Part shown: positions 1 to 9,069 of the stretch, piece by piece
How the letters are laid out: every line of letters starts with the position of its first letter
Numbering within the stretch: the stretch's first letter is position 1
Source: Myxococcota bacterium
GTDB taxonomy: Bacteria > Myxococcota_A > UBA9160 > SMWR01
Direction: 5' to 3'
Length of the DNA: 64,000 nucleotides
Assembly: GCA_036560145.1 (NCBI GenBank)
Contig: DATBRV010000009.1
Span: 16,189-80,188 of the forward strand
Position numbers and translations under genes: made by a program
Notes under the pieces: generated by a model
The model's database searches: none
What the model was told of the DNA's origin: nothing
What the model saw: the letters and a program-made list of their open reading frames with translations, nothing else

Positions 1-427
1 CCGCGCCGAACTCGATCCACGGCTGCGAGGGGCGCGCGATCGCCGTCCACTTGCGGCCGTCGAGCAGCTCGACGCGCACCAGCACGTCGGTGATGGTCAG
101 CTCGAGTCCGGGGAACTCGATGCGGCGGCCGGCGAGGCCGTCCGGCCCGGCCGAGATCGCGCGGCGCTCGACGATCGAATCGGCCAGCTCCTGGGTGATC
201 GGCTCCCTCGCTTCCGGGAAGCCGGCCGGGAGCCGCAACGCGACCGGGAGGCGCATTCCCGAGAGGACGGGCGTGCGCCACAACACCTCGAAGTGTCCCT
301 GCGCGGTCTCCCGGATCTCGAGATACGCGGGGCGCGCTTCATGCGCCGACGCCGGCCTGGCGGCGCACGCCACCGCCAGCAGCAGTGCGGCGGACGCCAG
401 CGCGAGGCGGGGAAGCCACTCCCTCAC
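1..427 (-). CDS. HupE/UreJ-like protein, N-terminal fragment (gene continues past the window start)
   Basis: Absent from the ORF track because it is open at the window edge. My own translation from the GTG at 425-427 gives VREWLPRLALASAALLLAVACAARPASA-HEARPAYLEIRETAQGHFEVLWRTPVLSG... This is a signal peptide followed by an AHE-RPAYLEI motif that I recall from HupE/UreJ-type proteins. A GTGA overlap joins it to the stop of the upstream gene. Confidence 0.5.
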   Translation of the reverse strand, partial: MREWLPRLALASAALLLAVACAARPASAHEARPAYLEIRETAQGHFEVLWRTPVLSGMRLPVALRLPAGFPEAREPITQELADSIVERRAISAGPDGLAGRRIEFPGLELTITDVLVRVELLDGRKWTAIARPSQPWIEFGA

Positions 428-1290
428 CGCGCCGCCTGCTCCGGGGGCGCGGGCAGCAACACGGTGTACTTCGCGCGCATCTCGTCGTAGGCCTTGCGCC
501 AGGCCTGCTCCTTCTGATCGGAGAGCCACGCCGTCTTCACGTCCGCCAGGACCTCCTCGAAATCGGGGGTCCGGCCGGGGTCGAGGGAGTCGACGAAGAC
601 GAGATGCCAGCCGTAGCCCGACTCGATCGGACCCTGCCAGGAGCCGGGGGTGAGGCCCGCAACCGCCTGTGCGAACCCCGGCCCGAATTCGCTGGCCAGC
701 TGCTCCGACGTGCGATCGCCGTAGTAGTCCTGGAACATGAACGGGTCGGCGAGCGACGCGGCGAGCGGCGAGTCTTCGGGCCGGCCCGCGAGCTTCCCGA
801 GCGCCTGCGCGGCGTCTTCTCGCGTGCGCGGCCCGCGCCGATCCGGGCTGAAGTACGCGTGCCGGAAGCTCACGCGGGTCGGGATCGCGAACCCGTCGCC
901 GTTCTTCGCGTACCAGGCCTTCAGCTCCTCCTCGCCCGGCTCGTGAGCCGAAGCGACGTCCTCGGCCAGGAACTGCATCTTCTGCGCCATGCGGCGCTTC
1001 ACGATGCTGTCGTTCTCGTCGAGGCCGAGCGCGAGCGCCTCGCGGTAGAGGACCTCCTCGCGGACCCGGTCTTCCACGAGTCGCGACAGCTCTTCCGGCG
1101 TCGGCAGACGGCGCCACTGCGCCTGGAACGACAACGCGAGCTGGTTCAGATCGTCGAGGCCCAGCGCGATCTGCCGCGACGCCTCGGCTCCGCCGACCGC
1201 GGGTCGCAGGTACGCATGCACGCCGAAGATCGCGGCGCCGATCAGCAGGAAGTGGAGCAGGGGCTCGCGCAGGATCCGTCGGAAGCTCAC
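424..1290 (-). CDS. Parvulin/PpiC-type peptidyl-prolyl isomerase-like protein with an N-terminal membrane anchor
   Basis: 288-aa ORF. It has an N-terminal TM helix (LLHFLLIGAAIFGV) and a C-terminal parvulin-like motif, GPIESGYGWHLVFV. Both ends overlap the neighbouring genes by 4 nt. Confidence 0.6.
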   Translation of the reverse strand: MSFRRILREPLLHFLLIGAAIFGVHAYLRPAVGGAEASRQIALGLDDLNQLALSFQAQWRRLPTPEELSRLVEDRVREEVLYREALALGLDENDSIVKRRMAQKMQFLAEDVASAHEPGEEELKAWYAKNGDGFAIPTRVSFRHAYFSPDRRGPRTREDAAQALGKLAGRPEDSPLAASLADPFMFQDYYGDRTSEQLASEFGPGFAQAVAGLTPGSWQGPIESGYGWHLVFVDSLDPGRTPDFEEVLADVKTAWLSDQKEQAWRKAYDEMRAKYTVLLPAPPEQAAR

Positions 1291-3614
1291 CGCAGGGGAT
1301 GCAACTGTTCCACCACGGGGATGATCTCGTAGTTGGCGTAGCCGAACTCGTTGCTGCGCGCCCCGAGGTACTTGTCGCCCAGCTTGTAGACCGCGATCTC
1401 GATCGGCGTCCCGACCAGCGCGGAGACGATCTTTCCGCCGTTGATGCTGTAGGTCCGGGACTCCCCGAGGTAGCTGGCGTCGGCCGCGTCGCCCATCAGG
1501 CTGGGCATCAGCCTGTTCTTCCCCGTGTAGCGGAGCTGGAACTCGCCCTGGCCCTCCGGGAAGCGCTGCGTGACGAAGCCGGGATCGGAGGGCGTCAGCG
1601 GCTTCCGCGCCGCGCCCGCGCCGAGGGCGCTGTAGATGATCATCTGCCTGTCGCCCGTCACCGTGTTCTGGAACCAGATGGACTTCTCCGCGACGAGCGC
1701 CTTCAGCTCGGCATCACCGAGCGCGACCGCGCCCTTCTTCTTGAGGTCGGCGACCGTGATGCCCGGCGCGGCCTGCTTGCGCGCGGCGGCGTCCGGCGCA
1801 TACCAGATGGGAGAGCTCCAGGCGCGCTCCTGGAGGGTCGCGGCCACCACGTCCGGGGGAGCGATGCCGAGCTGCTTGGCCTGGATCGTGGTCCAGCGCG
1901 GGGTCGGGATCTCGAGCACGCGCGCGTAGTAGAAGGCGTGCAGGGCGGGATCGAACTCGGGATCGGTCCAGAGCGTCTTGAGCTCCACGGCGCCGATCGT
2001 GTTGGTGTAGGCCGCGTTCGCGACGTCCACCGTGCTGCCGATCGGCGGCACCACGCCGGTCCACTTGTCCGGCTTGCGGTCGCCCGCCCAGACCACGTCG
2101 AAGACCTTCTCGAAGCTCTGCCCGTTCTTCGCCCAACCCTTCACGATCTGGATCCGGTCGAGGTTGCCCGAGGTCGGGTCCTTGGCCGCCCACACCAGGA
2201 AGGTCGGCGACTTGGCCTGCGCCGGCGGCAGGTCTCCGCCCATCGGCACGCCCTTCGCGTAGCCGCTCTTCACCCAGTCCTTCTCGCCCAGCGTGGCCGC
2301 CGTGTATTCCCAGCCGCCGAACAAGCGGACCTTGATGTGCGGCCCGGTCACGGCGAAGGTCTCCTTGCGCTTCATGCCGTCGAAGAGCGAAGCGCGCGTG
2401 TTCTCCTCGGCCCACACGCCGGTCAGCCCGCTGGTGCCTTCCGTGCGCGCGTCGAACATGCCGCCGACGAGCGTGCCGGACATGCGCGCCTCGGGCGTGC
2501 CGTCCGTGAAGGTATGCCCGCCGAAGAAATTGTCCTGGCGGTAGGGGACGGCGGTGTTGTGCGAGTCCGACGCGGCCCCGAAGCCGAACTTGAACGGGTT
2601 GAAGCCCTGGCTGTCTTGCAGGGCGAGGCCGTCCTTCAAGGCCTGCCGGGCGTAGCTGCCGACGATGTGGGGAATCCGGCCGGGCGGGTTGCCCAGCAGC
2701 ACCGACATCAGCTCGAAGCTCGCGAACTCGTCGTTGGGCGAGAGCAGCGGGTGCGTCTCGGAGGTGCCCTTGAGCTGCTTGATCTCGATCAGCGGCTCGT
2801 TGCGGGTGCGCGACGCAGCGTAGGCGGCGTCGATCGGGCGGCCCTTGGTGTCGACCTCGGTCGGGAACATGCGGCCGTCGGAGAGGTTGGCGTTGTGCGA
2901 GATCGCGAGCAGCTCGTTGCCCGCCTTGCGCTGCCCGTCCATCCAGCTCCAGAGGTCGACGGGATGCTTCGAATCCAGGGCGCTGAACGGCATCGCCGGC
3001 ACCTTGGCGCATTCCCGGAAGAAGATGTTGCGGTGCAGGTTCATGTTGCTCGGCATCGAGGTCCACTCGTACGAGCAGAAGGCTGTGAACTTCCCGGGCT
3101 GGTTCGCCTGGTCGGCGAGCGCGACGTTCCGCTTCCAGACCGTTCCGGCGATCTCGGGAGCCATCAGCGCCGGGATGGGCGGTCCGCTGGCCAGGGTGTT
3201 GATGGCGTAGAGGGCGACCCGCTCCATCTCTTCCTTGGTTCGGGCCTTCAGGATCAGGGGCTCCGCCGCGGGGAGCTTGCTGACCGCGGAGCCCGGCTCG
3301 TTGGCGAGATTGACGACGCCCGCGTATTCGGAGTGATCGGTGACGCCCGCCCAGTCGAGCGGCGTGTCGATCTTGACGTCGTAGCCGAGCGGATGCTTGA
3401 TCGGCTGGCCCTGGAAGTACTGGTAGGCGTCGCCGGGGCTGGTGAGCATGTTCCCGAGCGCGAAGGCGTCGAGCGACCAGCTGGTGTGGACGTGGGTCTC
3501 GCCGAAGTACGCGTCGCGCTCGGGATTGCCCTTCGCGAAGGCCGCACCGACGGGCGCCATCAGCGCCGACACCGCAATGGAACACCAGACCCGCAGCCGC
3601 CGGATGCTCGCCAT
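1287..3614 (-). CDS. DUF3604 family secreted protein (PHP-like metal-binding motif)
   Basis: The ORF was trimmed to the ATG at 3612-3614 (MASIRRLRVW...), which is preceded by an AAGGGAGAG SD. It has a signal peptide and the motif GETHVHTSWSLDAF. The length and the C-terminal YYARVLEIPTPRW are typical of DUF3604. Confidence 0.8.
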   Translation of the reverse strand: MASIRRLRVWCSIAVSALMAPVGAAFAKGNPERDAYFGETHVHTSWSLDAFALGNMLTSPGDAYQYFQGQPIKHPLGYDVKIDTPLDWAGVTDHSEYAGVVNLANEPGSAVSKLPAAEPLILKARTKEEMERVALYAINTLASGPPIPALMAPEIAGTVWKRNVALADQANQPGKFTAFCSYEWTSMPSNMNLHRNIFFRECAKVPAMPFSALDSKHPVDLWSWMDGQRKAGNELLAISHNANLSDGRMFPTEVDTKGRPIDAAYAASRTRNEPLIEIKQLKGTSETHPLLSPNDEFASFELMSVLLGNPPGRIPHIVGSYARQALKDGLALQDSQGFNPFKFGFGAASDSHNTAVPYRQDNFFGGHTFTDGTPEARMSGTLVGGMFDARTEGTSGLTGVWAEENTRASLFDGMKRKETFAVTGPHIKVRLFGGWEYTAATLGEKDWVKSGYAKGVPMGGDLPPAQAKSPTFLVWAAKDPTSGNLDRIQIVKGWAKNGQSFEKVFDVVWAGDRKPDKWTGVVPPIGSTVDVANAAYTNTIGAVELKTLWTDPEFDPALHAFYYARVLEIPTPRWTTIQAKQLGIAPPDVVAATLQERAWSSPIWYAPDAAARKQAAPGITVADLKKKGAVALGDAELKALVAEKSIWFQNTVTGDRQMIIYSALGAGAARKPLTPSDPGFVTQRFPEGQGEFQLRYTGKNRLMPSLMGDAADASYLGESRTYSINGGKIVSALVGTPIEIAVYKLGDKYLGARSNEFGYANYEIIPVVEQLHPLR

Positions 3615-3682
3615 CGCAATCTCTCCCTTGGTACCCACCCGAGCAAACGCTACCGTGGTCCGGCGCACCGTGGAAGGCCCCG

Positions 3683-4579
3683 ATGGAAATCCTGCGCACA
3701 CCCGACGAGCGGTTCGCGAGCCTGCCCGGCTACCCGTTCGCGCCCCATTACGCGCAGGTCGACGGGCTGCGGCTCCACTACCTGGACGAGGGCCCGCGGA
3801 ACGGGCCGGTCGCGCTGCTGCTGCACGGCGAGCCGTCCTGGTCGTATCTCTACCGCAAGCTGGTGCCGATATTGACGGCCGCGGGGCTGCGCGTGGTGGC
3901 GCCCGACCTGATCGGATTCGGGCGGTCCGACAAGCCGGCGCGCCGCGAGGACTACAGCTACCAGCGGCACGTCGACTGGCTGCGCGGATTCGTGGAAGCC
4001 GTGTCGCTCCGGAACATCACACTCGTGTGTCAGGACTGGGGCGGGCTGCTCGGCCTGCGTCTGGTGGGCGAGCACCCGGATTGGTTCGCGCGGGTGATCG
4101 CGGCCAATACGTTTCTACCGATTGGCGAGGGCGCGCCGAGCCCCGCCTTTCTCGCCTGGCGCAGGTTTTCGCAGGAGACGCCGCGTTTCCACGTGGGAGG
4201 GATCGTGGCGGGCGGCTGCGCGACGAAGCTCCCGCCCGAGGTGATCGCGGCCTACGACGCGCCCTTTCCCGACGACCGCTACCTGTCCGGCGCGCGGCAG
4301 TTCCCGGTGCTGGTGCCGATCGCGCCGGACGATCCAGCTGCGGCCGCCAACCGCGCGGCCTGGACCCATCTCGAGCGCTTCGAGAAGCCCTTCCTGACCG
4401 CCTTCAGCGATCTGGACATGATCACGCGCGGACTGGAGGCCGGGCTCGAGGCGCGCATCCCCGGGGCCCGCGGCCAGCCGCACACCACGATCCGGGGCGG
4501 CGGTCATTTCCTCCAGGAGGACCGCGGCGAGGAGCTCGCGCGCGTGGTGGTGGATTTCGTGCGGCGGACGGGCGGCTGA
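3683..4579 (+). CDS. Haloalkane dehalogenase (alpha/beta hydrolase, DhlA/DhmA-like)
   Basis: The N-terminus EILRTPDERFASLPGYPFAPHYAQVDGLRLHYLDEGP...LLLHGEPSWSYLYRKLVP is characteristic of the family, followed by CQDWGG. Confidence 0.85.
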   Translation: MEILRTPDERFASLPGYPFAPHYAQVDGLRLHYLDEGPRNGPVALLLHGEPSWSYLYRKLVPILTAAGLRVVAPDLIGFGRSDKPARREDYSYQRHVDWLRGFVEAVSLRNITLVCQDWGGLLGLRLVGEHPDWFARVIAANTFLPIGEGAPSPAFLAWRRFSQETPRFHVGGIVAGGCATKLPPEVIAAYDAPFPDDRYLSGARQFPVLVPIAPDDPAAAANRAAWTHLERFEKPFLTAFSDLDMITRGLEAGLEARIPGARGQPHTTIRGGGHFLQEDRGEELARVVVDFVRRTGG

Positions 4580-4580
4580 C

Positions 4581-5615
4581 GTGTCGCGATCGCTCGAGAT
4601 GACGCTCGCCGCCGTCCTCGTGCTCACCGGATGCGACCGGCTGATCGACCGCCAGATCGAGCGCGGCCTCACGCGCGCCGACGCGAGCGTGCTGAGCTCG
4701 CCGGATCTCCAGGTGGTGCTCTGCGGCACGGGCTCGCCGCTGCCCGACGCGACGCGGGCGGGGCCCTGCACCGCGGTGATCGCGGGCGGGGTCTTCCTGC
4801 TGGTCGACGTCGGCCCCGGCTCCTGGGAGCGGGTGGATCTCGAGAACCTTCCGATCGCCGAGCTGGACGGCGTGCTGCTCACGCACTTCCACTCCGATCA
4901 CATCGGCGACCTCGGCGAGGCGATCACGCAGAGCTGGATCGCGGGGCGGACGCAGCCGCTCGACGTCTACGGTCCGCCGGGGGTCGCCCGGATCCTGGCC
5001 GGGCTGCGCGAGGTCTACGCCTTCGACGTGGAGTACCGCGTCGCCCACCACGGACAGGCCTGGATGCCGCGCGAGGCCGGATCCGCCGTGGCGCACGAGA
5101 TCGCCCTCCCGTCGGAGGGCTCCTCGGACGCGGTGACCGTGCTCGAGCGGGACGGCCTGCGCGTCAGCGCGTTCCGGGTCGATCACACTCCGGTGTCTCC
5201 CGCGGTCGGCTATCGCTTCGACTGGCGAGGGCGCACGCTGGTGATCTCGGGCGATACCGGCCGGAGCGCGAGCCTGGTGGCGAACGCGCGCGGCGCCGAC
5301 CTGCTCGTGCACGAGGCGCTCCAGCCGAAGCTGACCGGGCGCGCGTCGGACGTCGCGCGCCGGCTCGGGCGGGAGCGGATGGCGAAGCTCGCCGGCGACG
5401 TCGCGAGCTACCACACCAGCCCGCGCGACGCGGCGCAGGCGGCCCGCGAGGCGGGGGTGAAGCAGCTGGTCCTCACCCACCTGGTGCCGGGTCCGGAGGG
5501 ACCGCTCGCCGCGCGGCTCTTCCTGGACGGGGCCGGGGAGGCCTTCGAGGGCGAGATCACGCTGGGCGAAGACGGCATGCGCTTCGCCCTGCCGCCGGAG
5601 GCGGGGCTGGATTGA
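4581..5615 (+). CDS. MBL-fold metallo-hydrolase (RNase Z-like), probable lipoprotein
   Basis: Contains the LLTHFHSDHIGDL metal motif. There is a lipobox-like VLTGC near the N-terminus, and an alternative ATG start at 4599. Confidence 0.8.
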   Translation: MSRSLEMTLAAVLVLTGCDRLIDRQIERGLTRADASVLSSPDLQVVLCGTGSPLPDATRAGPCTAVIAGGVFLLVDVGPGSWERVDLENLPIAELDGVLLTHFHSDHIGDLGEAITQSWIAGRTQPLDVYGPPGVARILAGLREVYAFDVEYRVAHHGQAWMPREAGSAVAHEIALPSEGSSDAVTVLERDGLRVSAFRVDHTPVSPAVGYRFDWRGRTLVISGDTGRSASLVANARGADLLVHEALQPKLTGRASDVARRLGRERMAKLAGDVASYHTSPRDAAQAAREAGVKQLVLTHLVPGPEGPLAARLFLDGAGEAFEGEITLGEDGMRFALPPEAGLD

Positions 5616-5640
5616 AGGCTGGCGGGCGCGCCGGCCTTTT

Positions 5641-5656
5641 GTTAGTAAATACTCAC
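5641..5656. promoter_or_regulatory. Candidate TetR operator (imperfect 16-bp palindrome in the only AT-rich patch here)
   Basis: GTTAGTAAATACTCAC pairs at 6 of 8 palindromic positions. It ends 2 nt before the tetR ATG at 5659. Confidence 0.35.
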
Positions 5657-5658
5657 TT

Positions 5659-6357
5659 ATGGCGCCTCCCGCCGCCGCCGCGCCCCGTTCCCGCGCCCCC
5701 GCGCGCGCCCGTCGCACCCGCCCGGGCGGCGCCGAGCGCCGCCAGCAGATCCTGCGGGCGGCCTCGGAGTGCTTCGGCACCCGGGGCTTCCACGGGACGA
5801 CCACCCGCGACGTCGCCGCCGCCGTCGGCATCACCGAGGCGGCGCTCTATCGCTACTTCGACGGCAAGGAGGCGATCTACACCGCCATCCTGGATGCGCG
5901 CATGTCGGCGCCCGATCCGGTCGACGCGGTGGAGGCGTTCGCCGAGCGCGGCGACGACCACGCGGTCTTCAGCGGGCTGCTTGAGGCGCTGTTCGCGCGC
6001 GTGAACGCCGATCCGTCCTTCATCCGCCTGCTCTTCTACTCGGCGCTGGAAGGCCACCAGCTGGCGACCCCCTTCCGGGAGAAGCGGATCCGGCGCCTGC
6101 GCGAGTTCCTGACCGGCTACATCGCGCGCCGCGTCCGGGAGGGCGCGTTCCGGCCGATCGACCCCGCCCTCGGCGCGCGTTTCTTCATCGGCCTCTTCGT
6201 CGATTACGCGCTCGTGCGTCAGGTGTTCGGCGAGCCCGATCTCTACCCGCAGCCTGCGGAGGAGGTCGCGCGCTCCCACGTCGCGATCTTCCTGGACGGA
6301 ATGCGGGCGGCGCCGGCGGCGTCCCGGCGCAAGCCGGCGAGGCGCAAGCGTGGCTGA
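5659..6357 (+). CDS. TetR/AcrR family transcriptional regulator
   Basis: Contains the HTH region FHGTTTRDVAAAVGITEAALYRYFDGKEAIY. It is the first gene of the efflux operon. Confidence 0.9.
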   Translation: MAPPAAAAPRSRAPARARRTRPGGAERRQQILRAASECFGTRGFHGTTTRDVAAAVGITEAALYRYFDGKEAIYTAILDARMSAPDPVDAVEAFAERGDDHAVFSGLLEALFARVNADPSFIRLLFYSALEGHQLATPFREKRIRRLREFLTGYIARRVREGAFRPIDPALGARFFIGLFVDYALVRQVFGEPDLYPQPAEEVARSHVAIFLDGMRAAPAASRRKPARRKRG

Positions 6358-7360
6358 AGCGACGCTCGCAGGAGACCGGATCCGGATCGGCATCCGGCCG
6401 GTGCTGATCGGCGTGGCCGCCCTCGCGGTGGCGCTGATCGCGACCTGGTGGTTCGTCGCGCTGCGCGGCCGCGAGAGCACCGACGACGCCTTCGTCGAAG
6501 GGCATCTGGTCTTCCTCTCGTCCCGCGTCTCGGGCCACGTGCTCGAGGTGCTGGTCGGCGAGAACGAACGGGTCCGCGAGAACCAGCCGCTGGTGCGGCT
6601 CGACCCCGCCGACTTCGAGGCTCGGGTAGCGCACGCGCGGGCGGACCTGGACGCCGCGCGCAATCGCATGTCGCAGGCGAGCGCCGCCGCCGAAGCCGCC
6701 GCCGCGCAGGGACGCGCCGCGGCCGCGCGCCTGCGCCACACCGAGCAGGAGCTGGTGCGCGCCCGCGAGCTGGTCGGCAAGCACGCGGCGGCGCCGACCG
6801 CGCTGGACACCGCGCTCGCCGAGCGCGACGCCGCCGCCGCGGAGCTGCGCGCGGCCGAGCAGCGCGAGCAGGCCGAGCGCGCCGCGCTCGTGAACGAGGC
6901 CCCCGTGCGGCAGTCCGAGGCGGCCCTGCGCGAAGCCGAGCTCGCGCTCGCGTACACCGTGGTGGCGGCGCCGTTCGACGGGATCGTCGGCAAGAAGGGC
7001 GTCGAGACCGGGGCCAACGTCGCCGCCGGGCAGCCCTTGTTTGCGCTGGCGGCCGCCTCCGGCAACTGGGTGATCGCGAACTTCAAGGAGACCCAGATCG
7101 GACGCATCCGGCCGGGCGACCGCGCCGAGATCAGCGTGGACGCCTTCCCGGGGCGCAGCTGGCGCGGTCACGTGGAATCCATCTCGCCGGCGACGGGGGC
7201 CAAGTACGCGCTGCTCCCGCCCGACAACGCCACCGGGAACTTCACCAAGGTCGTGCAGCGCGTGCCCGTCAAGATCGCCATCGACGGCGTCGACGCGGAC
7301 GGCGCGGCGGACGCGCTCTCCGTCGGCCTCTCGGTCAACGTCGATGTCCGCGTCCGCTGA
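6350..7360 (+). CDS. emrA: HlyD/EmrA family efflux membrane-fusion protein
   Basis: An N-terminal TM helix is followed by DDAFVEGHLVFLSSRVSGHV, a coiled-coil region, and then the lipoyl/beta-barrel motifs YTVVAAPFDGIVG and NFTKVVQRVPVKI. Confidence 0.85.
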   Translation: MAEATLAGDRIRIGIRPVLIGVAALAVALIATWWFVALRGRESTDDAFVEGHLVFLSSRVSGHVLEVLVGENERVRENQPLVRLDPADFEARVAHARADLDAARNRMSQASAAAEAAAAQGRAAAARLRHTEQELVRARELVGKHAAAPTALDTALAERDAAAAELRAAEQREQAERAALVNEAPVRQSEAALREAELALAYTVVAAPFDGIVGKKGVETGANVAAGQPLFALAAASGNWVIANFKETQIGRIRPGDRAEISVDAFPGRSWRGHVESISPATGAKYALLPPDNATGNFTKVVQRVPVKIAIDGVDADGAADALSVGLSVNVDVRVR

Positions 7361-8936
7361 GCCCCTGACCGGGGCCCGGAGCGCAGCCGCCGACCCCCCC
7401 TCGCGCCTCTCGCTCGCCCAGCGCCTGATGCTGGTCGGCGTGATGCTGGCGACGGTCCTCGAAATCCTCGACACCTCGATCGTGAACGTGGCGCTCCCGA
7501 GCATGATGGGAAACCTGGGCGCAACCGTCGACGAGATCTCCTGGGTCGTCACCAGCTACATCATCGCCAACGTGATCGTGATCCCGATGACGAGCTGGCT
7601 CGCCGGGCGCTTCGGTCGGCGTCGATACTTCGTGACGTCGATCGCCATCTTCACGGCGGCGTCGTTCCTGTGCGGCCTCGCCAGCTCGCTTCCCGAGCTG
7701 GTGCTGTTCCGCGTGATCCAGGGCCTGGGCGGCGGCGCGCTGCTCTCGATGGCGCAGTCGATCATGATGGAGACCTTCCCGCCGCAGCGGCAGGGCACCG
7801 GCCAGGCCATCTTCGGGATGGGCGCGGCGCTCGGCCCGAGCCTGGGGCCGACGCTGGGCGGCTGGATCACCAACCAGTGGTCGTGGCCCTGGATCTTCTA
7901 CGTCAACGTCCCGCTCGGAATCGTCTCCGGCCTGCTCTGCTGGAACTACCTGCACGAGCCGCCGGCGCCCAGCGTGCGGCGCACGCAGGGCGTCGACTGG
8001 GCGGGGATCGTGCTGCTGGTGGTGGGCGTGGGGGCGCTCCAGACCGTGATCGAGCGCGGCAACCGCCTCGACTGGTTCGACAGCCGCCTGATCACGACCT
8101 TCGCGGCGTTGGCCGCCAGCTCGCTCGCGCTCTTCATCTGGCACGAGCTGCGGGTCGCGCATCCGATCGTGGATCTGCGCGTGCTGCGCCACCGCGCGCT
8201 CGCGGTGGGCTGCGTCTACGGCGCGCTGGTCGGCGTCGGCCTCTACGGCAGCGTCTTCCTGTTCCCGCTCTTCACGCAGCAGGTGCTGCACTGGAATTCC
8301 TGGCAGTCGGGGCTCGGGATCGCGCCGTCCGCGCTGATGACGGCCATCACCATGATGCTGGTAGGCAGGCTCGTCTGGCGGATCGGTCCGGCGCCGCTCT
8401 TCGCGGTCGGCGTCGTGATCTTCGTCCCGACGCTGTACGCGATGAGCCATTGGACGCTCCAGAGCAGCCGCCTGGATCTGTTCTGGCCGCAGATCGGGCG
8501 CGGGATCGCGATGGGATTCCTGTTCGTGCCCCTCTCGATGTCGGCGCTGCGCGCGCTGCCCCCGTCCGACATGCTCCAGGGCGCGGGGCTGTTCAACCTG
8601 TTCCGCCAGACGGGCGGAAGCATCGGCATCGCGGTGCTCGCGACGCTGATCGATCACCGCAGCGTCTTGCATCATGCGTATCTCTCGGAGAGCGTCTCGC
8701 CGTTCTCGGCGGCGACGCAGGAACGGCTGGCGGCGCTCGCCTCGGGCTTTGCTGCGCGCGGCCTGGACGCGACCCGCGCGCTCGATGCGGCGCGGCACGC
8801 GCTCGACGGAAGCGTCGCGGCCCAGTCCGCGGTGCTCGCCTTCCGAGACTGCTATCTGGTGATCCTGGTGCTCTTCGTGCTGCTCTCGCCGCTGATCCCG
8901 CTGATGCGAAGGCCGAACATTCCCGCCCGGCCTTAG
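7344..8936 (+). CDS. emrB: DHA2-family MFS drug efflux transporter (EmrB/QacA, 14 TM)
   Basis: The N-terminal region LDTSIVNVALPSMMGNLGATVDEISWVVTSY and the 530-aa length are typical of EmrB. Confidence 0.9.
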   Translation: MSASAEPLTGARSAAADPPSRLSLAQRLMLVGVMLATVLEILDTSIVNVALPSMMGNLGATVDEISWVVTSYIIANVIVIPMTSWLAGRFGRRRYFVTSIAIFTAASFLCGLASSLPELVLFRVIQGLGGGALLSMAQSIMMETFPPQRQGTGQAIFGMGAALGPSLGPTLGGWITNQWSWPWIFYVNVPLGIVSGLLCWNYLHEPPAPSVRRTQGVDWAGIVLLVVGVGALQTVIERGNRLDWFDSRLITTFAALAASSLALFIWHELRVAHPIVDLRVLRHRALAVGCVYGALVGVGLYGSVFLFPLFTQQVLHWNSWQSGLGIAPSALMTAITMMLVGRLVWRIGPAPLFAVGVVIFVPTLYAMSHWTLQSSRLDLFWPQIGRGIAMGFLFVPLSMSALRALPPSDMLQGAGLFNLFRQTGGSIGIAVLATLIDHRSVLHHAYLSESVSPFSAATQERLAALASGFAARGLDATRALDAARHALDGSVAAQSAVLAFRDCYLVILVLFVLLSPLIPLMRRPNIPARP

Positions 8937-9069
8937 TGAACTTCGCTCGCCTTCGGCTCGCTGCGCGCTTGGCTTGCCTGAGTGAACTGCGCTCGCCTTT
9001 GGCTCGCTGCGCGCTTCGCTTGCCTGAGTGAACTGCGCTCGCCTTCGGCTCGCTGCGCGCTTGGCTTGC
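8936..9069 (+). repeat. Tandem array (3 copies, 46-bp period) of the dispersed intergenic repeat
   Basis: GTGAAC occurs at 8936, 8982 and 9028. The unit is GTGAACT(T/G)CGCTCGCCTT(C/T)GGCTCGCTGCGCGCTT(G/C)GCTTGCCTGA. The array fills the whole gap between the convergent stops of emrB and the PLD gene. Confidence 0.9.

Noticed and set aside
8936-9069. Regularly spaced direct repeats that could be mistaken for a CRISPR array (also at 52397-52536).
   Set aside because: The whole 46-bp unit repeats head to tail with no unique spacers. Arrays have only 3 copies and no cas genes are present. The same unit occurs singly at five other intergenic sites.
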